NCBI GenBank assembly: GCA_002499455.1
Contig: DALN01000059.1
Coordinates: 1 to 35,607 of the forward strand
Source of the DNA: Methanoculleus sp. UBA77
GTDB taxonomy: Archaea > Halobacteriota > Methanomicrobia > Methanomicrobiales > Methanoculleaceae
Reading direction: 5' to 3'
DNA: 35,607 nucleotides
A program made the position numbers and the translations under genes. Below, piece by piece: positions 25,166 through 35,607 of this stretch (positions are counted from its first letter, which is position 1; each line of letters starts with the position of its first letter). Under the pieces are notes generated by a model. The model saw only the letters and a program-made list of their open reading frames with translations, was not told the DNA's origin and did no database searches.

Positions 25166-26344
25166 TCAGGATTCCCTGATACTCAGGGCAGACATGCAGT
25201 ACTGGTCGACGCTTGAGAAGAAGGCGGATCTCGCCCGCTTTGACCGCTCGTCGTCGCCCTCGATGAAGTCACGGAGGATGTACTCGAGCGCCGCAGTATA
25301 GTAGTCCCGCCCGGAAGAGGCCTTCTTCACCTCCTCAAAGCAGAGATAGCTCTCGTTCTTGCGGTTGCACATCACCTCGAGCAGGGTATCGAGCAGCAGG
25401 AGCAGGTGCCGGGGGAACTGCTTCAAGATAGCAAGCTTCCGGAAACTGGCATACGACGCCGGCTGCGAACCGAGGATCGCAAGTTTCAGCCCGAAGTAGA
25501 TCGGCCCGGGGTCATCGGGGAACTGCTGCATCATCTGCTTGACGATGGCGGCCGCCCCGCTCCCGTTGCGCTGCTCCACGTGGACGGTAAACGCCTCCGC
25601 GAGGAACCCCCGGTCATCCGCAAAGCGCTCCGTCGCCAGGGCGAGGAGGCGCCGGCGGTGCTCGATATCCCCCTCCTGCTTCGCCCGCAGGATGCCCATC
25701 CGATAGACCTCAGGCTCGCTCGGGAACCAGGTGAACGCCAGGTCCAGCATGTACCAGAAGATCCGGTTCAGCCGGGCGTCCTTCCGGTTGAAGATGCCGA
25801 GGCGGTCGAGCGGGGGGCGGGCGCGGCAGAGGGCCATCATCTCCTCGCGGGCCCGGAGTTCCATCTCGTTCGGGCGGAGTTCCTGCTTCCGGTTCGCCGC
25901 AAGAGACTGTGCATAGAGGCTGTACGCGATCGCGGCGTTGACCCGCCCGTCATAGTTCCTGTACCGGGCCAGGTACTCGATCGCCAGCCCATAGTTGCCA
26001 GCATCGATCAGTTTGAGGCCCGCAACCACGTCGAGCGTCGCCCTCCCTTTCCTCCGCCGCTTGTTCCCCATGGCATGGCGGAGGGTCTTCTCCAGGAACT
26101 CGGGCGTCGGAGACTCGCGCGTGGTATTCAGGAGCGTCAGGGTGACGGAGTCGATGAAGTCGTCGTAAGACCGGTCGTCCAGGTTCGGGAACGTCTTATC
26201 GAGCGTGGCGGCGACGTGCCCGAAGAAGACCGGGAGGCTCTCCTCAACCTGGCCGATATTCTTCTCGATGTAATCGCTCATGGTAGCCTGGAACTGCTCA
26301 AGTCTCCTGTTCCGGAGCGCTTCAGGCTGCCACGCATCTTCCAT
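25166..26344 (-). CDS. Hypothetical alpha-helical (TPR-like) protein
   Basis: 392-aa ORF with own AT-rich upstream region; helical repeats such as AAAIVKQMMQQFPDDP; family not recognised. Confidence 0.7.
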   Translation of the reverse strand: MEDAWQPEALRNRRLEQFQATMSDYIEKNIGQVEESLPVFFGHVAATLDKTFPNLDDRSYDDFIDSVTLTLLNTTRESPTPEFLEKTLRHAMGNKRRRKGRATLDVVAGLKLIDAGNYGLAIEYLARYRNYDGRVNAAIAYSLYAQSLAANRKQELRPNEMELRAREEMMALCRARPPLDRLGIFNRKDARLNRIFWYMLDLAFTWFPSEPEVYRMGILRAKQEGDIEHRRRLLALATERFADDRGFLAEAFTVHVEQRNGSGAAAIVKQMMQQFPDDPGPIYFGLKLAILGSQPASYASFRKLAILKQFPRHLLLLLDTLLEVMCNRKNESYLCFEEVKKASSGRDYYTAALEYILRDFIEGDDERSKRARSAFFSSVDQYCMSALSIRES

Positions 26345-26456
26345 GTATCTTAAAATGGGGAACGTTGATGATATGTTTTATTAAATGATCTCCGGCGAGG
26401 CGTCATAACCCTTATCGCGGCTGCCCTCAAACCCTGCTTGAAGAGGATGTGGTCAC

Positions 26457-26867
26457 GTGGGCTACATAGACGAACTCAAGCGGGTGGGGCGGGATGCAAA
26501 TCCCTTCTTCAAACTGATGGGGATAGATCTCGCCGAATACGGGGACGGGCGTGCCCGCCTCACGATGGAGGTCCGGCCGGATATGCTGAACGGCGCCGGG
26601 TGGCTCCAGGGCGGGGTCTACGTGGCGCTCGCGGACGAGGCGATCGCGCTTGCGCTCTACACGCTTCTTGCAAAAAACGAGCGGATCGCGACGATCGACG
26701 AGCACACCAGTTTCTTTAAGGGCGTCAGCACCGGGACGATCGTCGCCACGGGAAGGGTCATCCGCAAAGGACGCCGGGTGGCGTTCGCGGAAGGCGAGGT
26801 CAGAGACGCGGCGGACGATACGCTTCTTACCCGAACATCGACGTCGTTTGCGGTCATCGAAGGGTAA
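26457..26867 (+). CDS. PaaI-family hotdog-fold thioesterase
   Basis: [20 protein letters not shown]-x-x-x-x-LADEA, [17 protein letters not shown]. Confidence 0.9.
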   Translation: MGYIDELKRVGRDANPFFKLMGIDLAEYGDGRARLTMEVRPDMLNGAGWLQGGVYVALADEAIALALYTLLAKNERIATIDEHTSFFKGVSTGTIVATGRVIRKGRRVAFAEGEVRDAADDTLLTRTSTSFAVIEG

Positions 26868-27004
26868 CGCCGCGTCGGGCACCCGGCGAAATCCCCCGTT
26901 GCACCGGCGGGGATTCCCCCGGGAGCCCCGGAACAATACATTCTCAAGACCGGAGATCACATACATTAGCTAGAGATTCCGGACTATCGGAGGGGAACAA
27001 GAGT

Positions 27005-28588
27005 TTGAAGTATATTGTTGTGACCGGCGGCGTCATGAGCGGGCTCGGTAAGGGCATCACCACCGCATCCATCGGCCGCCTCTTAAAAAACCGCGGCTAC
27101 GAGGTGACGGCGGTAAAGATAGATCCGTACCTCAACATCGATGCCGGCACCATGAACCCTGCTCAGCACGGTGAGGTCTTCGTCCTCTCCGACGGCGGCG
27201 AGGTCGATCTCGACCTCGGCAACTACGAGCGGTTCCTGAATATCAGCCTCAAATCGATCCACAACATCACGACGGGCAAGGTCTACAAGAACGTCATCGA
27301 GAAAGAGCGGCGCGGGGACTTCCTCGGCGCGACCGTCCAGATCATCCCCCACATCACCGACGAGATCAAGCACTGCATCCACCGGGCGGCACGGGAACCG
27401 GTCAACGGGAACAGCACCGCGGATGTCTGCATGGTGGAAGTCGGCGGCACGGTCGGCGACATCGAGAGCATGCCATTCCTCGAAGCGATCCGGCAGATGC
27501 ACGGCGAACTCCCGCCGGAGGATATGCTCCTCGTGCATGTCACCCTGGTCCCGATGGACACGATGGGGGACTTCAAGACCAAACCCACCCAGCACTCGGT
27601 CAAGACGCTCAGGGAACTCGGCCTGCAGCCCGACATCATCGTTGCGCGGAGCCGCGAGGTGATCGGGCCGCAGACGAAGAAGAAGATCTCGGCCTTCACC
27701 GATGTCCCGGCAAAAGCCGTCATCTCCGCAAAGGACGTCCCGGACATCTACCAGATCCCGATGGAACTGGAGAAAGAGGGGCTCGCGGACGTCGTCTGCA
27801 GTTACCTTGCCCTCGACAACCGCGAGCCGGACCCCGCGTGGTACCGGGTCGTCTCGCAGGAGTACACGAACCGGGCGACGGTCGCGATCGTGAGCAAGTA
27901 CGGGATCGAGGACGTCTACATGTCGATCAAGGAGTCGCTCAAGCATGCCGGAAGAGCGCTCTCGACCGAGGTGAACATACGCTGGCTGGACGCGGAGACG
28001 TTCGACCAGAAGGACCTCGCCGACGTCGACGGTATCCTGATCCCCGGCGGGTTCGGCCAGCGCGGGATCGAGGGCAAGATCCGGGCGATCAGGTATGCCC
28101 GTGAGAACAAAAAACCCTTCCTCGGCCTCTGCCTCGGGTTCCAGCTCGCGGTGATCGAGTATGCACGGCACGTCGTCGGCATCCCCGACGCCACGAGCGA
28201 AGAGATGGGGGCGGGGACGCACGTCATCGCCATCCTCCCCGAACAGGAGGGGGTCTTTGATCTCGGCGGGACGATGCGCCTCGGCAACTGCGATGTCGCC
28301 CTCAAAGAGGGGACGAGGATCTCCGGGCTCTACGGCAGAACGGAGATCGTTGAACGGCACCGCCACCGCTACGAGGTGAACCCGGCGTTCATCAGCGAGA
28401 TCGAGGGCGCCGGCCTGGTCTTCTCGGGCACCTGCGGCGAGCGGATGGAGGTCTGCGAACTCCCGGATCACCCGTTCTTCCTCGCGACGCAGTTCCATCC
28501 CGAGTTCAAATCAAGCCCCACACACCCCTCCCCGCCCTACGTCGGCTTCGTAGACGCATGCAAAAAGAACAAGTCAACTTCCGAATAA
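27005..28588 (+). CDS. pyrG: CTP synthase
   Basis: [62 protein letters not shown]; TTG start. Confidence 0.98.
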   Translation: MKYIVVTGGVMSGLGKGITTASIGRLLKNRGYEVTAVKIDPYLNIDAGTMNPAQHGEVFVLSDGGEVDLDLGNYERFLNISLKSIHNITTGKVYKNVIEKERRGDFLGATVQIIPHITDEIKHCIHRAAREPVNGNSTADVCMVEVGGTVGDIESMPFLEAIRQMHGELPPEDMLLVHVTLVPMDTMGDFKTKPTQHSVKTLRELGLQPDIIVARSREVIGPQTKKKISAFTDVPAKAVISAKDVPDIYQIPMELEKEGLADVVCSYLALDNREPDPAWYRVVSQEYTNRATVAIVSKYGIEDVYMSIKESLKHAGRALSTEVNIRWLDAETFDQKDLADVDGILIPGGFGQRGIEGKIRAIRYARENKKPFLGLCLGFQLAVIEYARHVVGIPDATSEEMGAGTHVIAILPEQEGVFDLGGTMRLGNCDVALKEGTRISGLYGRTEIVERHRHRYEVNPAFISEIEGAGLVFSGTCGERMEVCELPDHPFFLATQFHPEFKSSPTHPSPPYVGFVDACKKNKSTSE

Positions 28589-28602
28589 GGTGAGATTGTA
28601 GA

Positions 28603-29517
28603 ATGGTAAACGTTGAGAAGTTCATCGAGAAGGCAGTCCAGCAGATCCGCGACGCTGCCGGAGACGAAAAAGTCGTGATGGCGCTCTCCGGCGGGGTTGA
28701 CTCGTCGGTCTGCGCGGCGCTCGCCACCCGCGCCATAGGCGACCGCCTCGTCCCGATATACGTGGACACCGGGCTCATGCGCAAGGGAGAGACCGACCGG
28801 ATCCGGACCCTCTTTGACGGGAACCTCCGCGTCGTGGACGCGGCGGACGAGTTCTTTGCGGCGCTTGCCGGGATCACCGACCCCGAAGAGAAGCGCAAGG
28901 CCATCGGGGAGCGGTTCGTCCGGGTCTTCGAGCGCGAGGCAAAGCGGACGGGAGCGACGATGCTCCTGCAGGGGACGATCTACCCCGACCGCATCGAGAG
29001 CGAGGGAGGCATCAAGAGCCACCACAACGTCGGCGGGATGCCCCTCAACATAGACTTCAAGGGCGTCATCGAGCCGCTCGCCGACCTCTACAAGGACGAG
29101 GTCCGCGAGGTCGCCGGCGGGCTCGGCCTCCCGGTGGAGATCCAGCACCGGATGCCCTTCCCCGGGCCGGGGCTTGCCGTCCGGGTCCTCGGCGAGGTGA
29201 CCCGCGAGAAGATCGCGATCGTCCGTGAGGCGAACGCCATCGTCGAGGAGTGCCTGGTGGAGAAGTTCCGCCCCTGGCAGTGCTTCGCGGCGCTCGTCGG
29301 TCTCGGGACCGGCGTCAAAGGGGATGTCCGGCTGCACGGCTGGATCGTCGCGGTCCGGGCCGTCGCATCAAGGGACGGCATGACCGCCGACCCGCTGCTC
29401 CTCCCCTACGAGACCCTCTCAAGGATGGCAACCCGGATCACCGCCGAGATCCCCGGCGTCGCCCGGGTCGTCTACGACGTCACCCCCAAACCCCCGGCGA
29501 CGATCGAGTACGAGTGA
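28603..29517 (+). CDS. guaAB: GMP synthase, ATP pyrophosphatase subunit B
   Basis: [55 protein letters not shown]; no glutaminase domain (archaeal split enzyme). Confidence 0.96.
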   Translation: MVNVEKFIEKAVQQIRDAAGDEKVVMALSGGVDSSVCAALATRAIGDRLVPIYVDTGLMRKGETDRIRTLFDGNLRVVDAADEFFAALAGITDPEEKRKAIGERFVRVFEREAKRTGATMLLQGTIYPDRIESEGGIKSHHNVGGMPLNIDFKGVIEPLADLYKDEVREVAGGLGLPVEIQHRMPFPGPGLAVRVLGEVTREKIAIVREANAIVEECLVEKFRPWQCFAALVGLGTGVKGDVRLHGWIVAVRAVASRDGMTADPLLLPYETLSRMATRITAEIPGVARVVYDVTPKPPATIEYE

Positions 29518-29525
29518 GGAAGAAT

Positions 29526-30692
29526 ATGGAACAGAAAGCGCGGGTGATCGATACCCGCGGCGAGATCATGGAAGAGAATTCACGGGAGCTTGATGCTCGT
29601 TACTATATGCCCGCGTTCTCCCGGACGATGAAGATCGTCCGCGGCGCGGGGTCGCGCGTCTGGGACGACGAAGGACGGGAGTACATCGACTGTGTGGCAG
29701 GGATCGCGGTCTGCAGCACCGGCCACTGCCACCCGACGGTGGTGGAGGCGATCTGCGATCAGGCCCACCGCCTGATCCACTGCTCGAACCTCTACTACGT
29801 CCCGAACCAGGCCGAACTCGCGGAGAAACTCGTCTCGATATCGGGGCTTGCGAAGGCGTTCCTCTCGAACTCCGGCGCGGAGGCGAACGAGGGCGCGATC
29901 AAACTCGCCCGCGTCCGGACGGGAAGGAAGAAGTTTGTCGCGTTCACCCACGGGTTCCACGGGAGGACCTGCGGGTCGCTCGCGGTCACCCACAAGCCCG
30001 CGATCCGCGAGCCGTTCGAGCCGCTCGAGCCCGCCTGCACCTTCGTCGACTACGGCGACCTCGACGCGCTCGCGGCTGCCGTCGATAAGGACACGGCCGG
30101 GGTCTTCGTCGAACCCATCCAGGGCGAGGCGGGCGTCCTGATCCCGCCGGACAGTTTCCTCCACGGCATCCGGGAGATCTGCGACGACGCCGGCGCTCTG
30201 ATGATCGTCGACGAGGTCCAGACCGGTATGGGCCGGACGGGCAGATGGTTCGCCTTCCAGCACACCGGTGTCACCCCCGACATCGTCACGATGGCAAAGG
30301 GGCTCGCGAGCGGGTTCCCCATCGGCGCGCTCGTCGCCCGCGAGGGGCTTGAGTTCGGGCGGAGCGAGCACGGGAGCACGTTTGCCGGCGGGCCGCTCGC
30401 CTGCGCGGCGGCGCTCGCGACGATCGACGTCATCGAGGGGATCCTCCCCGGCATTCCGGCGAAGGGCGAGCGGTTCATGAAAGGCCTCGCCCCCCACAAC
30501 CCCCGCGGCCGCGGCCTGATGATCGGGGTCTCGGTCGGCGACCGGTGCCCCGAGGTCCAGCGCACCTGCGCCGAGAACGGGGTGCTCGTCAACTGCGCTG
30601 CCGACGGCAACCTCCGGCTGATCCCGCCGCTGGTGATCACGAACGAGGAGATCGACGCGGCTGTCGGTGTCATCGATGCGGCGCTTCGTTAG
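29526..30692 (+). CDS. argD: Acetylornithine aminotransferase (class III PLP)
   Basis: YID-x-x-AGIAV, NSGAEANE, FHGRT, EPIQGEAG, DEVQTGMGRTG, AKGLASG, HGSTF. Start ATG 29526 (alternative 29568), not 29250. Confidence 0.93.
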   Translation: MEQKARVIDTRGEIMEENSRELDARYYMPAFSRTMKIVRGAGSRVWDDEGREYIDCVAGIAVCSTGHCHPTVVEAICDQAHRLIHCSNLYYVPNQAELAEKLVSISGLAKAFLSNSGAEANEGAIKLARVRTGRKKFVAFTHGFHGRTCGSLAVTHKPAIREPFEPLEPACTFVDYGDLDALAAAVDKDTAGVFVEPIQGEAGVLIPPDSFLHGIREICDDAGALMIVDEVQTGMGRTGRWFAFQHTGVTPDIVTMAKGLASGFPIGALVAREGLEFGRSEHGSTFAGGPLACAAALATIDVIEGILPGIPAKGERFMKGLAPHNPRGRGLMIGVSVGDRCPEVQRTCAENGVLVNCAADGNLRLIPPLVITNEEIDAAVGVIDAALR

Positions 30693-31734
30693 GGCGTGCT
30701 ACGCGGGCGCGACGGGCTACTCCTACGCGAAGAAGGCGGAGGACGTCGTACGCGAGCACGGTCTTGCCCGGGTCGCCCGGCTTGCGAGCAACGAGAACCC
30801 CCGCCCGCCGTCGCCCGCCGCGATCGAGGCGGCAGAGGCGGCCCTCCGGGAGGGGAACCGCTACCCGGACGAACGGAACCTCGCGCTCGTCGAGGCCCTC
30901 CGCTCCTACCACGGCGACTACCGGTTCGTCACCGGCGCCGGGATGGACGGGGTCATCGAGACGGTGATCCGGACGGTCGTCGAGCCCGGCGAGAAGGTGG
31001 TCGTCTCGACCCCGACCTTCTCCTTCTACGGCCTCGCGGCCGCGGCGCACGGTGGGAAGGTCGTGAACGTCCCCCGGCAGGACGACTACTCGGTCGATCC
31101 GGAAGCGTTCATCGAGGCCTCGCGGGGGGCGAACCTTGCCTTCCTCTGCTCCCCGAACAACCCCACGGGAAACTCGGTCACGCCGGAGACGGTCGAGGAG
31201 ATCCTCGAGGGGATGGAGGGGCTCCTCTTCCTCGACAACGCCTACGTCGATTTCTCCGATATCGACTACCGCCCCCTGATGCGGCGGCACGAGAACCTGA
31301 TCCTCGGCCGGACGATGTCGAAGATCTTCTCTCTCGCCGGGTTCCGGGTCGGCTACGCCTTCGTCCCGGAGTGGTTCGAGCCCTTCTACAACCGGGCGGC
31401 GACCCCGTTCGCCCTGAACTCGATCTCGGCGGCGGCGGCCGTAGGAGCACTCTCCGACCCGGGCCGGGTCCGCGAGACCCGCGACCATGTCCAGTCGTGG
31501 CGGCGGCGGTTCATCGAGGAGGTGCCGTATCCGGTATTCCCCTCGGACGCGAACTTCGTCATGATCGATGTCTCCCCCCACACCGGCGGCGAGGCGGTGG
31601 AACGCCTCGCGGCAAAGGGTGTCCTGGTGCGGTCCTGCACGAGTTTCCCCGGCCTCGGCAGCCACTACATCCGGGTCAGCATCGGCGAAGACTGGGAGAA
31701 CGAGTTATTCCTCGAGGCGATCAAGAGCATATGA
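30676..31734 (+). CDS. hisC: Histidinol-phosphate aminotransferase
   Basis: LASNENP, NRYPD, CSPNNPTG, DNAY, RTMSKIFSLAGFRVGY, ANF, IRVSIG. Confidence 0.93.
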   Translation: MRRFVRACYAGATGYSYAKKAEDVVREHGLARVARLASNENPRPPSPAAIEAAEAALREGNRYPDERNLALVEALRSYHGDYRFVTGAGMDGVIETVIRTVVEPGEKVVVSTPTFSFYGLAAAAHGGKVVNVPRQDDYSVDPEAFIEASRGANLAFLCSPNNPTGNSVTPETVEEILEGMEGLLFLDNAYVDFSDIDYRPLMRRHENLILGRTMSKIFSLAGFRVGYAFVPEWFEPFYNRAATPFALNSISAAAAVGALSDPGRVRETRDHVQSWRRRFIEEVPYPVFPSDANFVMIDVSPHTGGEAVERLAAKGVLVRSCTSFPGLGSHYIRVSIGEDWENELFLEAIKSI

Positions 31735-32243
31735 TGATCGGCATCACCGGTACGCCGGGAACGGGAAAGACGGCCGTCGCGGCCGAACTTGAGCGGCGGG
31801 GGCACCGGGTCGTCCGCCTGACGGATACGGTGCGCCCCTACATCATCGAGGAGGACCGCTGCCGCGATACGCTCGTGGTGGATGTCGACCGGTGGGTCGA
31901 GGAGTTCGAGCCCGTCGACGGCATCGTCGAGGGCCACCTCGCGCACCTCCTTCCCTGCGACCGCGTGATCGTCCTCCGGTGCCGCCCGGACGTCCTGCGG
32001 CGCCGCCTCGGCCCGCGGAACTACACGCCCGAGAAGGTTGCGGAGAACGTCGAGGCGGAGGCGCTCGACGTCATCCTGATCGAGACGCTCGAGGAGCACC
32101 CGGACGAGCACGTTCTTGAGGTGGACACGACCGATCTCGGTGTCGCAGAGTGCGCGGACCGGGTCGAGCGGTTCATCCGGGGAGAACTGCCGGCGTCCTA
32201 CGGGGCGATCGACTGGACCGACTACCTGGGGACCGGCCCATGA
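31731..32243 (+). CDS. Archaeal adenylate kinase AK6/Fap7 family
   Basis: GITGTPGTGKT, IVEGH, VLRC-x-P, R-x-Y-x-x-EKVAENVEAE, IDW; ATGA overlap with hisC stop. Confidence 0.9.
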   Translation: MMIGITGTPGTGKTAVAAELERRGHRVVRLTDTVRPYIIEEDRCRDTLVVDVDRWVEEFEPVDGIVEGHLAHLLPCDRVIVLRCRPDVLRRRLGPRNYTPEKVAENVEAEALDVILIETLEEHPDEHVLEVDTTDLGVAECADRVERFIRGELPASYGAIDWTDYLGTGP

Positions 32244-32842
32244 CGCTCGACCAGTTCCGGCCGCACGTGCAGGGGATCATGCAGCCCGTCGTCGGCCTCG
32301 CACGGAAGGCCGGGGTCACCCCGAACGGGCTGACCATTGCGTCGTTCTTCGTATCGGTGCTTGCCGGCATCGCGTTCTATGCCGGCGGGGTCGTCCTCGG
32401 CACCATCATGGTCGCCTTCAACGCAGTCTTTGACGCGCTCGACGGGGCGCTCGCGCGGGACATGGGGATCGCGAGCCTCCGCGGAGACTTTCTCGATCAC
32501 GTCATCGACCGCTACGCCGACATATTCATCATCACCGGCATCTTTGCCGGCGGCGCCGCGTCCTGGCCGATCGGGGTCTTTGCCCTGACCGGGGTCCTGA
32601 TGTCCTCCTACCTCGGCACCCAGGCGCAGGCCGTCGGGGTCGGGAGGTTCTATGGGGGCATCCTTGGCCGGGCGGACCGTCTCGTCCTGATCATCCTCGC
32701 CGGCATCCTCACGGTCCTGATCCCGGTAACGATCTTCGGCCTGAACTACCTGGGCTGGCTGCTCGTCATCTTCGGCGTCCTGGGCCACTACACCGCCCTC
32801 CAGCGGTTTGCCCACGTCTGGCGGCAGATCGAGAAGCACTGA
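32240..32842 (+). CDS. CDP-alcohol phosphatidyltransferase (archaetidylinositol-phosphate synthase-like)
   Basis: TPNGLT, DALDGALAR...GDFLDHVIDRYAD signature; ATGA overlap with adk stop. Confidence 0.92.
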   Translation: MTLDQFRPHVQGIMQPVVGLARKAGVTPNGLTIASFFVSVLAGIAFYAGGVVLGTIMVAFNAVFDALDGALARDMGIASLRGDFLDHVIDRYADIFIITGIFAGGAASWPIGVFALTGVLMSSYLGTQAQAVGVGRFYGGILGRADRLVLIILAGILTVLIPVTIFGLNYLGWLLVIFGVLGHYTALQRFAHVWRQIEKH

Positions 32843-32941
32843 GGCTTCCCGGAGAATCTTTTCTTTTGCCTCCGCCCGACGTAAGAAGGCAGTCGCTCCC
32901 CACAAAATCCGTCCTCAAAAAAGCGGGAGGTTGATCGGCCC

Positions 32942-33427
32942 TTACGGGTTGAGCATATAGATCCCGTAGGTGAGGTAGGATGCGAACGTCACCCAGAGGA
33001 TGTAGGGGACGAGCAGCACCGCCGCGGGGACGGAGACCCGGTAGAAGGCGAGTATCGTCATCAGGATTGCAATCCAGAGGAGGACGATCTCGATGAGAGC
33101 AAGGAACGGGGACTGCAGCCCGAAGAAGAGGTACGACCAGAGGACGTTCAAGATCAGCTGGACGCCGAAGATCGTCATCGCGACCTTGACATCCTTACGA
33201 TCCCACCCCCTGATCCAGACGAGATAGAGCGCGATGCCCATCAGGATGTAGAGCACCGTCCAGACGGGGCCGAAGATCCACGATGGCGGGCTCAGGGCGG
33301 GTTTGATCAATCCGGCATACCAGGTCGGGATGGCCGGCATCGTGAAGAGCGAGCCGATCGCCGCTGCAACCAGACAGACGCCTACCGCCGCAACGAACTG
33401 GATAACCCGGACGTATGCAGGTGCCAC
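32942..33427 (-). CDS. tspO: TspO/MBR tryptophan-rich sensory protein
   Basis: WYAGLIKP-x-x-x-PP-x-WIFGPVWTVLY, QLILNVLWS-x-LFF, LLVPYILWVTFA. Start tentatively GTG 33427, downstream of a TTTAAG box near 33452-33457. Confidence 0.92.
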   Translation of the reverse strand: MAPAYVRVIQFVAAVGVCLVAAAIGSLFTMPAIPTWYAGLIKPALSPPSWIFGPVWTVLYILMGIALYLVWIRGWDRKDVKVAMTIFGVQLILNVLWSYLFFGLQSPFLALIEIVLLWIAILMTILAFYRVSVPAAVLLVPYILWVTFASYLTYGIYMLNP

Positions 33428-33687
33428 GACGGTAACAATGAATCCTGCATCCTTAAATCTTTCGACATAAGCGAGATCGTCAGCCACCGCCCCGACAGAA
33501 AGCCGACGAACTGCCTGCCCGGCAGCGGCGGGATAGGTGAACCCGGAGCAGGAGCCCGCTACCGGAGACCTCCGGCCGGGAGGGAGTTTGAGATCTCAGA
33601 GATGATCCGCGAGCGGATGGTGGCCGCCGGGATCACCGTGACCGATCCGTCGCTCTGGCTGTGGTCTCCCGTCCGGACGCCGGGGCC

Positions 33688-35607
33688 CTACTCGAACCCC
33701 TCCTCCCCGCCCTCGTCCTCGTCGTCTCCCACCGGGAGGACCTCGCGGAGGGTGAACCGGAACGCCGCACCGAGGTCCGGCCTTCCCTCCACCCGGTCTT
33801 CCACCCGGATCGTGCCGCCGTAGCGCTCGATGAGCGTGCGGACGATGAAGAGGCCGAGCCCGTCGCCGCATCCCTCGGACCATCCCCGCTCGAACCGGGT
33901 GAAGATCGACTCCTTCATCCCGTCCGGGACGCCGGGGCCGGTATCCTCGACAGAGACCAGGACGCTCTCGCCGTCGTAGTCCTCCACCCGGATCGCGATC
34001 CCGACCGCCGAACCCCCGAACTTGACGGCGTTCTGGATGAGGTTGGTGAAGACCTCAGAGAGGAGGTCGTCCGCCCAGACCTGGCACGAAGTCGCCCCGG
34101 CCTCGATCGCGACGTCCGGGAAGGCGGCGACCTGCTTTCTGATGACGGCGCCGAGATCGACCGGCCCGACCTCGGGCGGATCGTGGTGGATGCGGCGGAT
34201 CGTGGTGACGTTCCCGATGATCTCTGCGCTCTTCCGGACACTGCTCCGGATCTTTCTGGCATACTGCGCGGCATCCCCCCCCAGCATCTCGATGAGGAGA
34301 TCGGCGTAGAGGCTCGAGACGTTCTCGGCGTTCTTGATGTCGTGCGTCATGATGTCGAGGTAGAGGTTCGCCTCCCGGTTTGCCGCCTCGAGTTTCTTGT
34401 GCAGCATCCCCTTGAGGATGCCCGACCCGATCTCTTTCCCGATCGTCTCCAGAAGCGTCCTCTCCTCGCGGGAGAAGGATTCTCTCGTCCGGCTCCCGGC
34501 ATAGACCGCCCCGACGACGACCGACTCGGCGATGAGGGGGACGCACGCGAGCGCCGAGACCTCGAGCTCCTCAAGGATGCTCGCCTCGATGGAGTTGAGG
34601 TCGGACTGCCGCTCGATGTACCGGGGCTGGCCGGCGATGAAGATGAAGTTGAACGGCCAGTGGTGGACCTTGATGATCCGGTTTTTGGGGACGCACGATT
34701 CCGGCAGCCCCTTCTGGTGCTGGAGCAGGGCGCGTTTCCGCTCGGCATCGAGCATGTAGACGATCCCGACGTGCAGCCCCATCAGTTCCAGCGTCTTCTC
34801 AAGCGACTCCTCCAGGAGCTCCGCAAGCGAGAGGGAGGCGGCCGAGACGCTGATGATCTGGTTCAGGACCGCGAGCTGCCGGTTCCGGATCAGGATATCC
34901 TCCTCCGCCCGTTTCCGCTCGGTGATGTCCATCACACCCGCGATCGAGCCCCGGAACTCGCCGGCGTCGTCGCTGAAGGGGCAGGCGATCATCAGCGCGG
35001 TGATGCGGCCGCCCTCCCGGGTGACGAACTCGCACTCGTACTCCTCCCGGACACCCTCTCTCCGGCGCCTCAGGCGCTCCTCCATCGCGGCGCTTTGTGA
35101 GCGCGGGATGAAGGAGTGGATGGGCTTTCCGAGCATCTCTTCCGGGGTGTAGCCGAGCATCTCCGCCATCCGGGGGTTGACAAACGACGTCCGGGCGCCC
35201 GGGTCGAGCACCCATATCCCCTCGCTGAGGCTCTCGACGACGAGCCGGTACTTCTGCTCGCTCTGCCGGAGCGCCTCCTCGGCCTTTTTACGGTCGGTGA
35301 TGTCGAGGACTCCGGCGAAGCACCCCCGGAAGACGCCGGCAGCGTCGAAGACCGGTGAGGTGACCACAAGCGCGTGGACGCGCCCGCCGTCGCCGGCGAG
35401 GAGATCCAGTTCAAACTCCTGCTTACGGTCAGTCTCCTGGCAGAGCGGGTTTTTTCCGCCCGGTGAGGTTCCGGCGATGAATCCGGCGACCGGCGAACCT
35501 ACCAGGCGATCCGCGGGGCAGCCGAGGATCTCCTCCATGCGCGGGTTTACGAAGGTGATGCGGCCGGCCTCGTCCACGGCGAGGACGCCTTCGTTGAGGT
35601 TCTCGAC
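33688..35607 (-). CDS. PAS-PAS-GAF sensor histidine kinase (5' end beyond window)
   Basis: Open from window edge (VENLNEGVLAVDE...), two PAS/PAC units ending DIT, GAF region, H-box YLDIMTHDIKN, N-box NLIQNAVKF, G boxes EDTGPG and GDGLGL. Confidence 0.93.
   Translation of the reverse strand, partial: VENLNEGVLAVDEAGRITFVNPRMEEILGCPADRLVGSPVAGFIAGTSPGGKNPLCQETDRKQEFELDLLAGDGGRVHALVVTSPVFDAAGVFRGCFAGVLDITDRKKAEEALRQSEQKYRLVVESLSEGIWVLDPGARTSFVNPRMAEMLGYTPEEMLGKPIHSFIPRSQSAAMEERLRRRREGVREEYECEFVTREGGRITALMIACPFSDDAGEFRGSIAGVMDITERKRAEEDILIRNRQLAVLNQIISVSAASLSLAELLEESLEKTLELMGLHVGIVYMLDAERKRALLQHQKGLPESCVPKNRIIKVHHWPFNFIFIAGQPRYIERQSDLNSIEASILEELEVSALACVPLIAESVVVGAVYAGSRTRESFSREERTLLETIGKEIGSGILKGMLHKKLEAANREANLYLDIMTHDIKNAENVSSLYADLLIEMLGGDAAQYARKIRSSVRKSAEIIGNVTTIRRIHHDPPEVGPVDLGAVIRKQVAAFPDVAIEAGATSCQVWADDLLSEVFTNLIQNAVKFGGSAVGIAIRVEDYDGESVLVSVEDTGPGVPDGMKESIFTRFERGWSEGCGDGLGLFIVRTLIERYGGTIRVEDRVEGRPDLGAAFRFTLREVLPVGDDEDEGGEEGFE

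Noticed and set aside
30696-31730. N-terminal extension making a 515-aa adenylate kinase fusion
   Set aside because: Extension is an off-frame overlap of hisC; real start is the ATGA overlap at 31731. Same reasoning for extensions of argD (29250) and the phosphatidyltransferase (32150).
33488-33687. Small ORFs between tspO and the histidine kinase
   Set aside because: No RBS, no recognisable motif, and overlap with the kinase 3' end.
1-35607. tRNA, rRNA, integrase or prophage features
   Set aside because: No tRNA cloverleaf/T-loop motif in intergenic gaps, no rRNA-like tract and no recombinase or virion genes recognised by eye.

Overview
GC-rich archaeal chromosomal segment, most consistent with a Methanomicrobiales methanogen (Methanoculleus-like: GGAGGTGA ribosome-binding sites, TATA-box promoters, split GMP synthase, archaeal AK6 and a CDP-alcohol phosphatidyltransferase). 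All calls come from motif recognition by eye and remembered family sequences; no database search was run. Left to right: 3' end of an HD-domain gene; YHS-copA copper export; a HEAT-repeat protein carrying an unusual five-copy QHDxxGGP insert; a tupA-tupB-tupC-wtpB-wtpC array; hisD; a lower-GC GxxExxY nuclease-family gene bracketed by inverted repeats; a second HEAT-repeat protein; a MOT1-type molybdate transporter; a decayed trmO/tsaA fragment; two tandem mscS genes; a GntR-like wHTH gene plus a 78-aa protein, divergent from a single-subunit molybdenum storage protein (MoSto) homologue, a stand-alone TiaS-type GIDDTD domain and a second tupABC; then an ABC-class ATPase, an MBL hydrolase, a PAS-only protein, a TPR-like protein, a PaaI thioesterase, the housekeeping run pyrG-guaAB-argD-hisC-adk-pgsA, tspO and a 5'-truncated PAS/GAF histidine kinase. 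The best candidate for an undescribed system is the 15.9-21.2 kb module (wHTH regulator with tandem operator-like repeats, MoSto-like protein, TiaS-kinase-like protein, TupABC), which looks like an archaeal tungsten/molybdenum uptake-and-storage system inside a ~17 kb neighbourhood rich in W/Mo genes.
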